NCBI GenBank assembly: GCA_028023455.1
Contig: JAQFVV010000007.1
Coordinates: 2,976,001-3,040,000, forward strand
Origin: Epiperipatus broadwayi
Lineage: Eukaryota; Animalia; Onychophora
DNA length: 64,000 nucleotides
Direction of reading: 5' to 3'
The position numbers and the translations under genes were made by a program. The notes beneath the pieces are model-generated. The model was not told where the DNA came from and did no database searches. It saw only the letters and a program-made list of their open reading frames with translations. Shown here piece after piece: positions 1 to 12,556 of this stretch. Within the stretch, counting starts at the first letter, position 1. Each line of letters begins with the position of its first letter.

Positions 1-420
1 TCATTTTCACGTGAACAGTTTCTTTAAATTTTCTTTTCCTCCTCTGTTCAATATTCTTGATGTTCAAACATATTGCCATTGGTACATGCATGGCTTGCAA
101 TTTGTTATATTTATTTTTTGATCTTGAGTCAATACTTTGTGCTCTTTTAATTGGTTTTTCAATGAGTCAGCTGGATTAATAAATATATATGTTCTTCCTC
201 ATTTACATAATATTAAAGATATTTTTTGTTTTTCAACATGTCAAATTTATGTTTTGTAGAGTCATTTTGGCAGACTCGAAAAACTATTCTAATGTCATAT
301 TGATTGCAGATTTTCTTTAATTTGTCTACTATCCATGGTATGGAATAATAAAATGTTGTTTTTTTACTTCTGGTGTTTAATTGTAAGTGATTACTAGTGG
401 TATCCACAACTTCACTCACA
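1..420 (-). mobile_element. Penelope-like element (PLE) 3' fragment, degenerate pre-GIY-YIG/GIY-YIG region
   Basis: ORF 213..419 reads YSIPWIVDKLKKICNQYDIRIVFR, the PLE linker preceding the nuclease. A minus frame near 130-170 gives SLKNQLKEHK, resembling the GIY-YIG L..R..EH motif. Stops and frameshifts present. Confidence 0.65.
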
Positions 421-599
421 TTAATAGAATAAAATAATATAATGCAGTATGTAGTTGTTTCTATGGCTTCTGTATTTATATATTATTTAAACGATGAGTT
501 ATCAAGAGCTATATTTCAAAAAATCGTAACTTTTTACGATCAATTATAATTGTAGGATTTTACTTTAAATATATTATTCCCATGATAATTTAATTAGTA

Positions 600-1800
600 T
601 TATTAATTATAAAACTTTCATTCTGGTATATATATAATCTTATAATTAAATATTAGTAAATACAGTAATCAAAAATTTTGAAAAACAAAAAAATATAATC
701 GTCACTTAGGAGTATTTTAGACTATCCTATCAGTCTTTGTCAATTAATTTGGTGAAAGGTTAACCATCCAATAATTCCGTGATCTTAATGTTTTGCTGCC
801 TGCCTATTGATTAAGTCTTGCTTGTATATATTATCATAGCTTCCTTTATTTTCCTTTTATTGTTATTTCTTTCAGTTTGTAATATTTTTACATTATTATA
901 ATATAAATCAAGAGTACCAATGTCCCATAGAATGGCAGGTTTGAAGTCCTTCTTATTCAGAAATGATAATCTTTGTAAATATTCATCAGATAAAGGTAAA
1001 AATATTGAAATATATTCTAATGAATTGTTAAATGTTGGCTATAATTACAATCATATTTATTATACTATTAAAAATTTTCAAACGAAACATAAATATAAAA
1101 ATAAAAAAAATATTAATAATAAAATTGATTCTACTAATAAAAAAATTTAGATATCAATACCATATATTTCAAATCAACAAGCAAATTTCATAAGGAAAAA
1201 TTTATAAAGGTATATGTGACATTGCATTTTATGCACCTCCAACATTAAATAATAACCCTAAAGATAAAACCTCATTTATAAATAAAAATTGCATCATTTA
1301 TAAAGAGATATGTGGGTGTGGTAGCGGATATATAGTGGAATTGAGATGTACATTGGAGAAAAAAACTAAAAAGCATTTGCTGTTATTAAAAAGGGTTCAA
1401 AATATGAAACAAAATAGCAAAGGTAATAATAACATATCAGCTTCCATTTTTTTATGACCGTAATAAATCATGTATATATGGTTTAATTTCAATTATAATA
1501 ATGTAAAAATATTGCAAACTGAAAGAAATAACAATAAAAGGAAAATAAAGGAAGCTATGCTAATATATAAATACAAGCAAGAGTTAAACAACAGGCAGGC
1601 AGCAAATGTAAAGATCATGGAACTATGGGAAGGTTAACCTTTCAAAGAATTCGTTGACAAAGACTATGAGGATAGTCGAAGGTGCTCCTAAGTAACGATT
1701 ATATTTTTTGTCAGTTTCAAAATTTTTGATTACTGTATTTACTAATATTTAATTAGAATATTATGTATTGAAACAAAAACGCTGTTCACGTGTGTATTTA
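600..1800 (+). mobile_element. Penelope-like element, 5'-truncated, with inverted 3'-end (pLTR) copy upstream
   Basis: Plus frames give HRMAGLKSFLFRNDNLCKY, ISIPYIS, CIIYKEICGCGSGYI (GIY-YIG) and FNYNNVKILQTERNNNKRKIKEAMLI. About 640-790 is the reverse complement of about 1610-1760. Confidence 0.8.
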
Positions 1801-2649
1801 TTCTAAGAGCTAGTTACCCTCCCACCTTAAAAAACAGCAGATGTATAAAAAGTTTAGTTTATGATATTACAAAAAAAATCATTATTTTCTATAATTGAGA
1901 AAAGAAAATAATAAAGATAAATCATTATTGATTTTATAGTTTTAAATTGCAATATAATTTAAATATATCACTTGTATTTATTTAAAGCTGGCATTTATTA
2001 AAAAGATTACATTTTTAATTTTTGGAACGATGTTTTCGAATAAAGTGTGATAACAGCTTGAGGCAGTCTTAATAAATTGAAAAACATGGCTTAATCTTCA
2101 TGCTTTCTTATCTATCCCATTAAAAAAGTAGATTATCCAATCATTATGAAGAGAAAGGCAATCGGACTTAAATGAGAGCTGTGGGATGACTAGGATACAT
2201 GGGCTGAACTGTTTAATCAGTCCAAGAATCAGATATATATAGTCAAGTTGCAAGTTCAGAGCAGATTTTTAAAAAGTTTTTTCAAAGAGATTTTTAGGAG
2301 ATCAAATAGTCATTTTTTTTTCAAAAAGATATTTTTCAAGTAGCTGTTAAAAAAGAATTTTGAAAAAAAAAAGATTTCAATTTTAAAAAGATATTAAGAG
2401 CAGTTAAAGAACCTCTATTAATGATGGAAAAAGAAAACATTATTAAGGAAAACATAACGATGGAAGGGTAAACGGTAACAGCTTTTCTCTTCATTCTAAG
2501 CCATGATTTTCCAAGATTTGCCTGGGTAGATAGACATCATGGAAAGCTAATAATGCCATCCAGCTGAAATAAAATGGCCCTCTTTTTGAAGGGACAAACT
2601 GGATATAAGGAAGGTAACAATTTTATAAATATTTAATACTTAAATGGGT

Positions 2650-2890
2650 TTATAAAAGACAAACAAAACGTCTTTCTTAGAAATTATTAAAAAAAAAATT
2701 ATGAATTAAAATGAATTATGTAAAAATACATTTATGGATAATAAATTATAAATGCTAGATGTCTTAAATGTCAATAGTCAAAAGGTATTTTATTCAATAC
2801 TTATACATGTTTATAAAAATAGAAAACAAAACAAACATCTTTCTTAAAATGAATTACGTAAAAATACGTTTATGGATAATAATTTGTAAT
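2650..2890. repeat. Degenerate direct duplication upstream of the satellite
   Basis: gtttataaaa...aaacaaaac.tctttctta...aatgaatta.gtaaaaatac.tttatggataat occurs at about 2650-2745 and again at about 2810-2882. Confidence 0.7.
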
Positions 2891-3211
2891 TGTGCAAATT
2901 CAGTTACACAATGGACTGTAAATAAAATAGTTGTAATTGTGCAGATTCAGTTACACAATGGACTGTAAATAAAATATTTGTAATTGAGCAAATTCAGTTA
3001 CACAATGGACTGTAAATAAAATATTTGTAATTGTGCAGATTCAGTTACACAATGGACTGTAAATAAAATATTTGTAATTGTGCAAATTCAGTTACACAAT
3101 GGACTGTAAATAAAATATTTGTAATTGTGCAGATTCAGTTACACAATGGACTGTAAATAAAATATTTGTAATTGTGCAAATTCAGATACACAATGGACTA
3201 TAAATAAAATG
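2884..3211. repeat. 47-bp tandem satellite, 7 copies
   Basis: Unit ttgtaattgtgca(a/g)attcagttacacaatggactgtaaataaaatat starts at 2884, 2931, 2978, 3025, 3072, 3119 and 3166. Confidence 0.97.
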
Positions 3212-3254
3212 TTCGTTGAATTAACTATATGTGGAATTAAGTGGAACTCCGAAT

Positions 3255-3660
3255 AAAATGCTATCAGTGGTCTTCATTATCCTCTCTGTTGTCTTAATAT
3301 GTCATACTCCTCTCTGTGAACTAACTAAATGATTAAAGATGTAAACTGTTAAAGAACTATTAAAAGAAGGACTTTATTATACTCTCAACAAGTTACATTC
3401 TTTAAGTCATATTGAAGTATACCAAAGAAGAACAATGGACAATAAGTGAAATATTTATTTGAATAAAATGAAACTCTGAATTAAATGCTATCACTTATCT
3501 TCATATATTGCATTCCTCTCTGTGAATTAATTATATAACTAAAGATGTAAGTTGTTAAAAGAACTATGAAAGAAGGACTTTATTATACAACAAATTACAT
3601 TCTTTTAGTGCTATTATTGGAAGTATACCAAAGAAACACAATGGACCAGAAATGAATAAA
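3255..3660. repeat. Degenerate tandem duplication, period about 227 bp
   Basis: atgctatca...cctctctgtgaa...aaagatgtaa...agaactat..aagaaggactttattatac...gaagtataccaaagaa..acaatggac is seen twice (starts about 3258 and 3485). Confidence 0.8.
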
Positions 3661-6600
3661 ACAATGAATCTTCACATGGATATAAAGGAACTTTATTAGA
3701 AGAACTTGCAAATTAATTTGTTAAATAAAATTATTGTTACTTAAAATTAATCTGTTATCCAGTTGTTCAATTCTATTTCCTTTTTGTTATTGCATCATGC
3801 ATCATTCAGTGCACTTGTTCATGAGAATCTCATGCCTCCTGAGCTATGTCTGGCATAACTAGACCCAGGTAAGTCAGGTTGTAGTGAGATGGAACTCTAG
3901 TGGCGCCGTTTGGAAAACCAAACATAGAAATGTCTAGATGCTTCCAGCCTCTATGGTCCTACATCCTCTGATGAGCAGGAAATAATGTTGTAGGGGGGGG
4001 GTAACATCTGCATTGGGGAATGCCAGTTGATAGTTCCTTCCTGCAATATGCTCATCAGAAAATTGTTACAACTGAAGTAATAAAAGGGTTGTACGGGTTG
4101 GGTTACAGTATATTGCTTCGAAGAAATACAGACATCAATTTATAATATTATTATATATATATCCAAGCCATGTCAAAACACAAAAATATTTAATAAAGCT
4201 GATTAATTACCAATATGAATCATTTATAAATAATAATTAGTTTCCTGGAATTTATTTGTGGCATGCTATTTAAAAGTTACATTTAAATACAAATTTTTTT
4301 TTCAAGTTTTATTATCATTAATTTGTATTCTAGTCTCCAAAATCATGCACTTCTAATTTGAATAATTGCATATAATATTCATTTACATATGGTAATTAGT
4401 TTCAAAAGATATAATTCCTAGCATTCCACTCAGTAATACATATGTATTTATGAGTTTTTCAATTTATAAATATATTTATCTCTCTATTCAATAGCATCAC
4501 ACATTTCTAATTTAACTAATAAATATCATCTCACTGACATATAGGAAGATGGATTCAATCTCTGGGGTAACCTGATTATGTCCTTACTGTAAATTTATGA
4601 GAGAGTTGTTGATTTTCTTAATGCATTAATGTAAGTATCTAACTATTTATTTTCAAGATTGTGTATGGTATGATTAATAAACTTTTTTAAGGAATATTAT
4701 TATTGACAATGGCAGTAATTGTAATGTGTGTGTCCTCTACAAATTGCCTTTGCATCAACACATGCATTATGCAACAACATACTTTAGCTATACACCACAA
4801 AAATTGTATTGTATTGTATATGTAAAGGATGATAAATATATATTTTAAGGATTCTTTAAAATACTGTATTGAATACTTTTTAATATTATTTAAAATATAT
4901 AAATAATAAAGCACTTAATAAAAGATTATTAATTTATTATGCATGTTATTATTATTATTATTGGAAGTAAATAATTTACTGAATTGGATAATTTTTAATA
5001 TTGTTTAAAGTAATTTTAAAAAAATGTTACATTTTCATTTAGCACTGTAAAAATGTCCTTTTTTGAATTATTGTAAGCTGCCATTTTCCAAATGTTTCCA
5101 CTTATTTTTATTGATTTATTGCTTAAATTGAGCTAAATATCAAAAAGCAAAAATCCATAATCTATGTGTGTATGTAAACTGGGGTGAAGATGCTCATCAT
5201 CATCAACACCAAGTTACTACAAGATTTAAAATTAAATATTCAAATAAATGAGCAGGAGACCAACACCAACACTATAAATAAGTGTAAGTTCATTAGCCAT
5301 ACATCAAAGTAATAATCATTTATCATAATGAATGACCAACAATAAAAATACATTAACAGTTAATCTTATGACTGGATTTGAAATGGATCTACTATAGACC
5401 AGGCTAGTTATTTAGTCCTGGCTAGCTTGGGGCAGATTATTTACACAATGATTAGGATGCACAAACTTAAGTGCTAATCCATCAGAATATATAACATTAA
5501 AAATAATAATACTCATATATTAAAACATGCTGATTATCATCAATGCCCTGTCCAATTAGTACCTTTAATATACTGGCCAACTATAAACTTAATTTCTAAT
5601 AAATACTAAATTAAATAAAATGTAGTGCATAAACTTTAAAGGATATCCGCTTTATGCCAATCCAGGATCATCATGAACTGAAAGTCCTCAAATACTAAAT
5701 ATAAACTCCTTCTATATAACAGACCATTATGCCCAAATCTAGCTCGAAGAACAAAAGGTCTATAACTGTTATTGTAAGCAAGAGATATAATGACTAACTT
5801 ACAACATTCTAAAACTATTTAGGATTGAGAAAATTTACTGGAATAACTTTAACAATGAAATATCAATTTATTAATAACAAATAATTTAATACATTAAGCA
5901 CAATAAAAATGAAATTAAGATCTGCAGAATATCGCTATACATATAAATTAAGCCTTCTGCTTTTGGTTAATACCAAAAAAAATTCATTATTACATTGTAA
6001 TTTACATATATGTCCCAATAGGTTTACATAAAACACCTATATATATCAGCACAGAATTGTGATTTACAAATATGTCAATACATAAAACCCACATACATAA
6101 GCACACAATGTGCAGTATAATTTATGAACATATTTGAATTATATAATAATAAAAATATGATTAATTTTAACATGTGTCTATCTGATACTCATCTATATAA
6201 GCACACAGATATGCAGTATAATAATTTATGAACATATTTGACTTGCCATAAACCTATAAATGAAATTCATTTTTTACAATACATAATTAATAACTGATTT
6301 AACATATATGCGTGTGCACACTGATTTTTATATATTTTAATTTATCAAAATAGTAGCTTATTAAACATATTTTCACATTTCATTTGTCATATAATAAAAA
6401 AAGTGATTATAATATGAAGCAGTTACTAATTTATTTATTATCTAATGGTAAAAAAGTTTTTTTCTTTTTTAAAAAAGTAATATTAATTCTTTGGCAGTTC
6501 TTCATAAGTTTTCTTTATCCTTTTTAATAGGCTACTCTTGATTAATTGTCTCTTAAAAATACTCCCAGCAAGTCTTTTGTTTTCCAAACTAGAAAGTTTT

Positions 6601-6779
6601 TAGGAATTTACTTTGTTTCATAAAATATACTGGAAATGCATCTCACTTTTTCTTAAATAGTCATTTACTTCAAATAATATTGTAATTTAAAAAATTTCAA
6701 CTGCCATTTTCACTAAAGAAATTATTTAAAGTTACTCACTAGTGGTATTATATATATATATGCACATTTATCTGTGGTT

Positions 6780-7130
6780 TCTCTGCATAAAGATAAAACA
6801 GTATACATATAAACCAATTCTTCAGCAAGCTGATGGACTCTTTTGGTAAACTGGTCCCTTTTAAAACAGTAGACTGGTTTGTCATTTTCAGAAAAGGTAT
6901 AATTCAAGTAACTGTTAGCCTGCAGTGAACTCCCATCAGCCTTTATGCATTTTACTACACACAAGTATATGGCGTATGGAGACCAAAAGAAAGCAGGCCC
7001 TTTACTTCCATGTGAATCTAAACTCTACCATAGTGAACTAGTAGCAGCAGCCAGACTTGCACTCTCTTGCATTCAGTTATAACTTCATGATAGTTATGCT
7101 GTCACCATCTGTAAAACTCTTAAAAAACTC
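6780..7130 (+). mobile_element. Possible L1/Tx1-like non-LTR RT C-terminal remnant
   Basis: Broken plus frames SLQ*TPISL...WRPKESRP / LLP..KLYHSELVAAARL loosely resemble the Tx1 pattern YL.Q..PI...RPKEEGGLGLP..KLYY.AA. Similarity is weak. Confidence 0.25.
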
Positions 7131-7548
7131 CCTTTTAATCTTTTTTCCAACCTATTTATAGTCAGAGTTGGGGAAAAATACAATAATTAAAAGTAAGTTT
7201 TCCCTATCTTGATTGAAAAAAATTAACGACTCTTTTCAATTCACTTTAATCCTTTGAAAAACAACTTTGTAGCATTTTTATCAAAATATGTTATACAAAT
7301 ATTAATTTAAAAAATTGCAAATCAAAATATAGTGGAATTTCATAATTACCAGGATATCTATTGTAACATAAAAACATGCTGTTTTAATTTCAAAATCAGA
7401 ATTAATAAAATATTAATTAGATCTTTTTAAATGTTTAATTTATAATAAAATAAAATTTAAATTCAAAATTATTTAATTCTCAATTGTTATTCCAATATAA
7501 TATAGAAAATATCTACACAAATTTTTTTTATTTCTACTTTTCCTTTCA

Positions 7549-7554
<6 letters not shown>

Positions 7555-7583
<29 letters not shown>
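7555..7583. repeat. (TA)n microsatellite
   Basis: Uninterrupted TA run. Confidence 0.95.
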
Positions 7584-7590
<7 letters not shown>

Positions 7591-7879
7591 CTACTATGTG
7601 GTTGTATGCCATGAGATACATAACCATCTCAATATATATAATATAGGCATATAATAGATAAATATAAAATAGCGAAAAAATATTTTTTCACTACCGTAGA
7701 AAAGTTATCTTTTATTATATTTTTGTAAGGTGGCATTTTTAGAAGGTAAATAATGGGAACCTATCTCTCATCCTTTTTGTTTTTATATTTAGCCTATCTT
7801 TTTATTATCATATCTATAAAATCAGGCAAACTCTCATGCTGATTTAAATTTTACTTTATCACATGAAAATATATTTAAA

Positions 7880-9260
7880 GAAAAATGCATAAACATGAAG
7901 CTAATATTTAATATTTTATTAAACCATAGGCTGAGTGCTTTCAAGAGTCATGGATCTCATAATCATAGCTCTTTGTTAAGTAACTGATTGTCTAATATTA
8001 TGCAAATCTGTGCAAAGTTTAAGCATTCCATTTCCTGGATATAGAATAACACATTTCCTTTCTGTTAATGGCATTGCTGTCTATTGTGATAAAACAGTGC
8101 CTTAGTATATGAGTATCTATGTTGAGATAATCTAGTTTCCAGTGCTTCTCATTGCCAGCATTGTGATAAACCATTATGAGGAGCATGTTTTGCCAAATTA
8201 TGAGAATACCACACAATTTAAAATTTACACCAGATATGTGGATGAATTTGTTTGTGGCTGCTAAGGCAGAAGTCATCAATGAAATCAAAAACAAATTACA
8301 AAATAGGCCACTTTTAACATTGAATGGGAAGACACTAACAAACAAGTAAAATATCTGGATATACAAGTACGTGAAAACACATACCTGAATTATAAGATGA
8401 TAGTCAAACCTTTTGAAGTAAGAGGTCACATTCAACCCAATTCTAACACACCCATAAACCATAAATTAGCAAGTCTTACATCTTTTCTCCACAGAAACCA
8501 GCAATTGTGCAAGTTCGAAGCTGATAAAAAATGAAATTTAGCAGCGAAGAGATATATTAAATATAGATTTTAAACAGAGTATCGTCAACAGGAAGATCAA
8601 ATGGTTTCAAAACAAAATGACTAACAACGCACTCAATGTGGATAGAAAAAGGCTATTATTGCCATACATACTGAACATGCACAAAAATTTTTGTTAAATT
8701 TTCAATAGAAGCTGTCAGTTGTGCTTTCATACCCCTCCTAGTTCCAAAAGATTAATCAATAACACAAAAAGTCGATTAACTCTCACACAAACTCTGCAAG
8801 CAGTCTACAATATCTTATGCTTTGACAAAAATTGTAAAACTCATACTATGGGGAAACCAAAGCAGCACTGGAAATTAGATTATCTCAACATATATACTCA
8901 TAATATACTCAGGCACAATCCGATCCAGCACACAATTCCATTTTTGCACAGCATAAAAAGCTTGCAGGACATCCATGTGAACCGCAAATAATCAGCTTAG
9001 TCTGCAAAGAGGGAAACAATTTGAGAAGATAAAAGAGGTCTGCTTTATTGCAATAGACAGCAATGCCATGAATAGAAAGGAAACGTGTTATTCTATATCC
9101 AGGAAATGGAATACTTGAACTTTGTATAGATTTGCATAACATTAGACAATCAGTTACTTCACAAAGAACTATGATTATGAGAGCTGTGATTCTCGAAAGC
9201 ACTCAGCCTATGGTTTAATAAAATATTAAATATTAATGTTACGTTTATGCATTTATAGCG
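7880..9260 (+). mobile_element. Penelope-like element (RT C-terminal half + GIY-YIG) with inverted 3' segment upstream
   Basis: Plus frames give IYTRYVDE (RT YxDD-like), FNIEWEDTNKQVKYLDIQV, HIQPNSNTPINHKLASLTSFLHR, AVYNILC and YYGETKAALEIRLSQH. About 7880-8150 is the reverse complement of about 8860-9260 (ORF track shows HWKLDYLNI on both strands). Confidence 0.88.
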
Positions 9261-9329
9261 CTAGTATTGAATTACAGAATATTAGCCAAACACGCAAAGT
9301 TTAAAATTAAGTTCATATTAAAGGAAAAT

Positions 9330-9680
9330 GGTAAAAGTTTAATCAAATTCAGTTCTTTTGCTGTACCCACAAAATTTTAACATTTATTTTTTCATGTGTT
9401 GAATATATTTTGACTCACATCCTAAATGTTTATCAATTACATAATAAAAATTTATCAAATTCAGTAATATTTCTCTTACTGTATCCATGGCATTTTAAAA
9501 TTTACTTTTTCACATGTTAAAAATAATTAAACTGACAATCTAAAAGCTTATCAATTGCATAGGAAAAGTTTACCAACTTCAATAGTATTTCTCTTACTGA
9601 CCCTGTGCCATTTTAAATTTTACTTTAACACATGTTAAATATATATTTAAACTAAAATCCTAAAGTTTATCCAATTCATT
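9330..9680. repeat. Degenerate tandem repeat, 3 copies, period about 112-118 bp
   Basis: Recurring tcaaattcag...tttctcttactg...cattttaaa.tttacttt..cacatgttaaa...cctaaa.gtttatcaatt blocks. Confidence 0.7.
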
Positions 9681-12556
9681 ATAATTGATCTAATCAGTTA
9701 TTATTCAAATGAAAAATTAAGTATGTTGTACAAATACCTTAAGTAATTTAAATTATATTTACAAAATCAAATATTGCTATATGTGTTGCTTTGATTTATA
9801 AGCTATTATTGTCATTTAATATTTTTTCTTAGACTATGCTTTATCACAGGCTGTATTTTGTGAATAAGTTATTTACACATCAAAGCTTACCAATATATCA
9901 GTTTTTTAAATTTTCATATTCATGAATAATTCAACAAAATGTTTAGGATCTTTGACAAAAGACTGTGTTTTGTATGCTAGAGGACTAAGTACTTTGAGAA
10001 GTTTAGTATTCTTGAAATGGTGAATAAATAAAATTACCAATAGATCTTCTTAATAGAACATAATTCTCATGGATTTTACCTAGACCCAAAAGATGTGGAA
10101 TTTTGCTAAGTACTACCTATAATATCTTCTGAGGAATGCTTGTAAGTTTTGTTTCTGTAACCAGTAAACAATTTTTTGCTACATTTTTGTATTGACTTAC
10201 TGTGAACAACTGACTTGTTTTGTTATTGCAATCAATATTATACATTACAACTGCAACATTTGTCGAAAGATATTCAACAATTATAATTATAGATGATGGA
10301 AAAAGTCCAGCATACAATTACAAATAAAATATTATCCTCTCAAACTTTTGGTCAAATACTAAGTACTCAGTATGGTTGTGATACTGCAACAAATTTTAGA
10401 CCTCATAAAAATTGTTTAAAACTAGCAAAGTGAAAAATTAATTAACTTTCCTAAGAAAGTGTAGATCCAAAGGGGAAGGTTTACAATTTGGAATGTCTGA
10501 TTAGATTTCTAGCACATCAGTATGTTTATGTTAAATGGTGATTGATTCTCTGAACCATGTGAATTGAGTGCTGTATTATTCTAAACATTAGAATGGTAGA
10601 GAGCACTGCAAATAAAATCTCATTTTCAGATATGTAAATGAAATGATTTGGAAAAGCAGCAGAGGTGAGAATAGAATTTCATCTGTGCAGTAATAGTGGT
10701 AGCTATCAAAGAATAAATGAAAAGGGAAGACAATATAGTCACTGAATTAAGCTGACAGTAGCAAGACATAATTGAATCAATTTACTAGACTAATTTTAGA
10801 TAAATGTTATAACCTCTGTGAAGTTAATTTGGTAGTTCACTGTGTTACTATGTATGTTGTTATGTTCGGACTAAAATAATAATACACTTTAATTTATTTT
10901 ATCATTGTTTACTTATTACTTGTAGTTTAGTATAGATAATATATATGCATTTAAAAGAATAATTACACAAATATTTTCTAAACATTAAACTTTGCATTCC
11001 ACTAGTAATATAAAATATTTTCTAAAAATTAAACATATAGATGAAAACTTCCCAAGAGTTTTTCAATCATTAAAAAAATCACTTTCTAAAATGCATTAAG
11101 AAACAAAAGAATATCAAAAGAATAAACCTGTCAACATGCATAGACATATCCAATCTAATCCCACAATCACATCAGTAAAAATCTTAGTTGTAAATATCTA
11201 ATATATCTGTTCTTGAAAAGTGATTAAACTTTCCCACCACATCAATGAATATTTTAGAAATAATGGCAGCAACAAAAGAAGTGACATAACTCTTTCCAGG
11301 AAAATTCGATAACTTAATGAAAAACCAAGTATCTTCACACAGCATTTGAATTGTATATACACTGGTAGTTCTATTGCAGTCTTACAGTAAATACTTGAAA
11401 ATGATTAAATATTTTGGGTTTCATTTTTATTAACAAGTGCTAAGTGTCATTAGCAAAATTTAAAGCTCTGTAGTTCAAATATTAAATGAAATTTCAATTT
11501 TTTAAAAAATGGTTGCACTAGTTTACATTTTATTTGTCAAGTAGATGATTGTAGAGAAAATTTTTTTGTTTTCAAATTGATAATTATTTTTATAATGACT
11601 TTAAGGGGGAGGGGGAATTCTCACTAACACACAAAAAGTACATTTTACCGTTTTTTTCCTCCAAATAAATTTATAAGATTTATGATTTTAACATTCCTTT
11701 AGTAATGATAAACATTAATAATAAAATCAAAAAAAAAAACTTGTATTTGGATAAAAACATTACTCAAATTGAGGGATACATATATAAAAAATAGAGTTAA
11801 ATTCATCAAAAATAGTCTCATTTACATTACATAAATTAAGTTGTCTCTAGGAAAAATTAATAGAATTATACAGGAGAAATAACACTGGCAACTAAAATCA
11901 AACATGACTCATGTTAAGAAGAAAGCTCTCTTAAACAAAACAAATGCATAAATTCTTATAATGGTACTACTGATTATTAGAACAAGAAAGCTCCTCACAG
12001 CAGGATAATAGAAAAGATAGCAAAATGTATCAACTACAGAAGGAAAGATACAAGCATTATTCAGAAAGGATTGCAAGTATTTTACTGATTCACAAATTAA
12101 CATTTCAGACAAACTGGACATCTCTATAATTTATTACAAATCCATAAGAATCATATTAAAAATCAAGATCTGTTGTTAATTCTAGAAATTCATTATGTAA
12201 AAATTTATCAAGATTTCATTTTATGATTCTTACTTCTTTAAAACTGAGATCTTTGTAAGAAATTCTGAGCAGTTTGTGGAGTAAATCACACAAAAATCAA
12301 AAATAAACACTCATACCTTTATAAACATTGATATGGAAAATTTATTCCAAAGTGTATCAGAGATAAAGCATTGTCTACGATTAGAAAATGATTAAATAAG
12401 GTTAATGGCCTACAAACCAGAGCAATTGATCCTATAGAAAATAAAATGGGATTTAGTGAAGCTATCAGTTATGCTATATCAATATATATTTCAACTATAA
12501 AATATTCAATAAAAAAAAGGAAATAAAGATAAAGAGCGTTAAAATTTGGGTACTTA

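Noticed and set aside
2884-3211. CRISPR-like appearance of the 47-bp repeat
   Set aside because: Units abut with no unique spacers, there are no cas genes, and the context is eukaryotic.
4520-4600. Tc1/mariner FNLWGNL motif
   Set aside because: A single short motif without other support.
5200-5950. Possible LINE remnant (similar hints at 11040-12500 and 62300-63230)
   Set aside because: No motif could be read confidently; an HMM search is needed.
6722-7112. Minus-strand host exon (80-aa ORF, ttttacag acceptor at about 7110)
   Set aside because: Stops in all frames after the acceptor, no recognisable product and no clear donor. A TE remnant is at least as likely.
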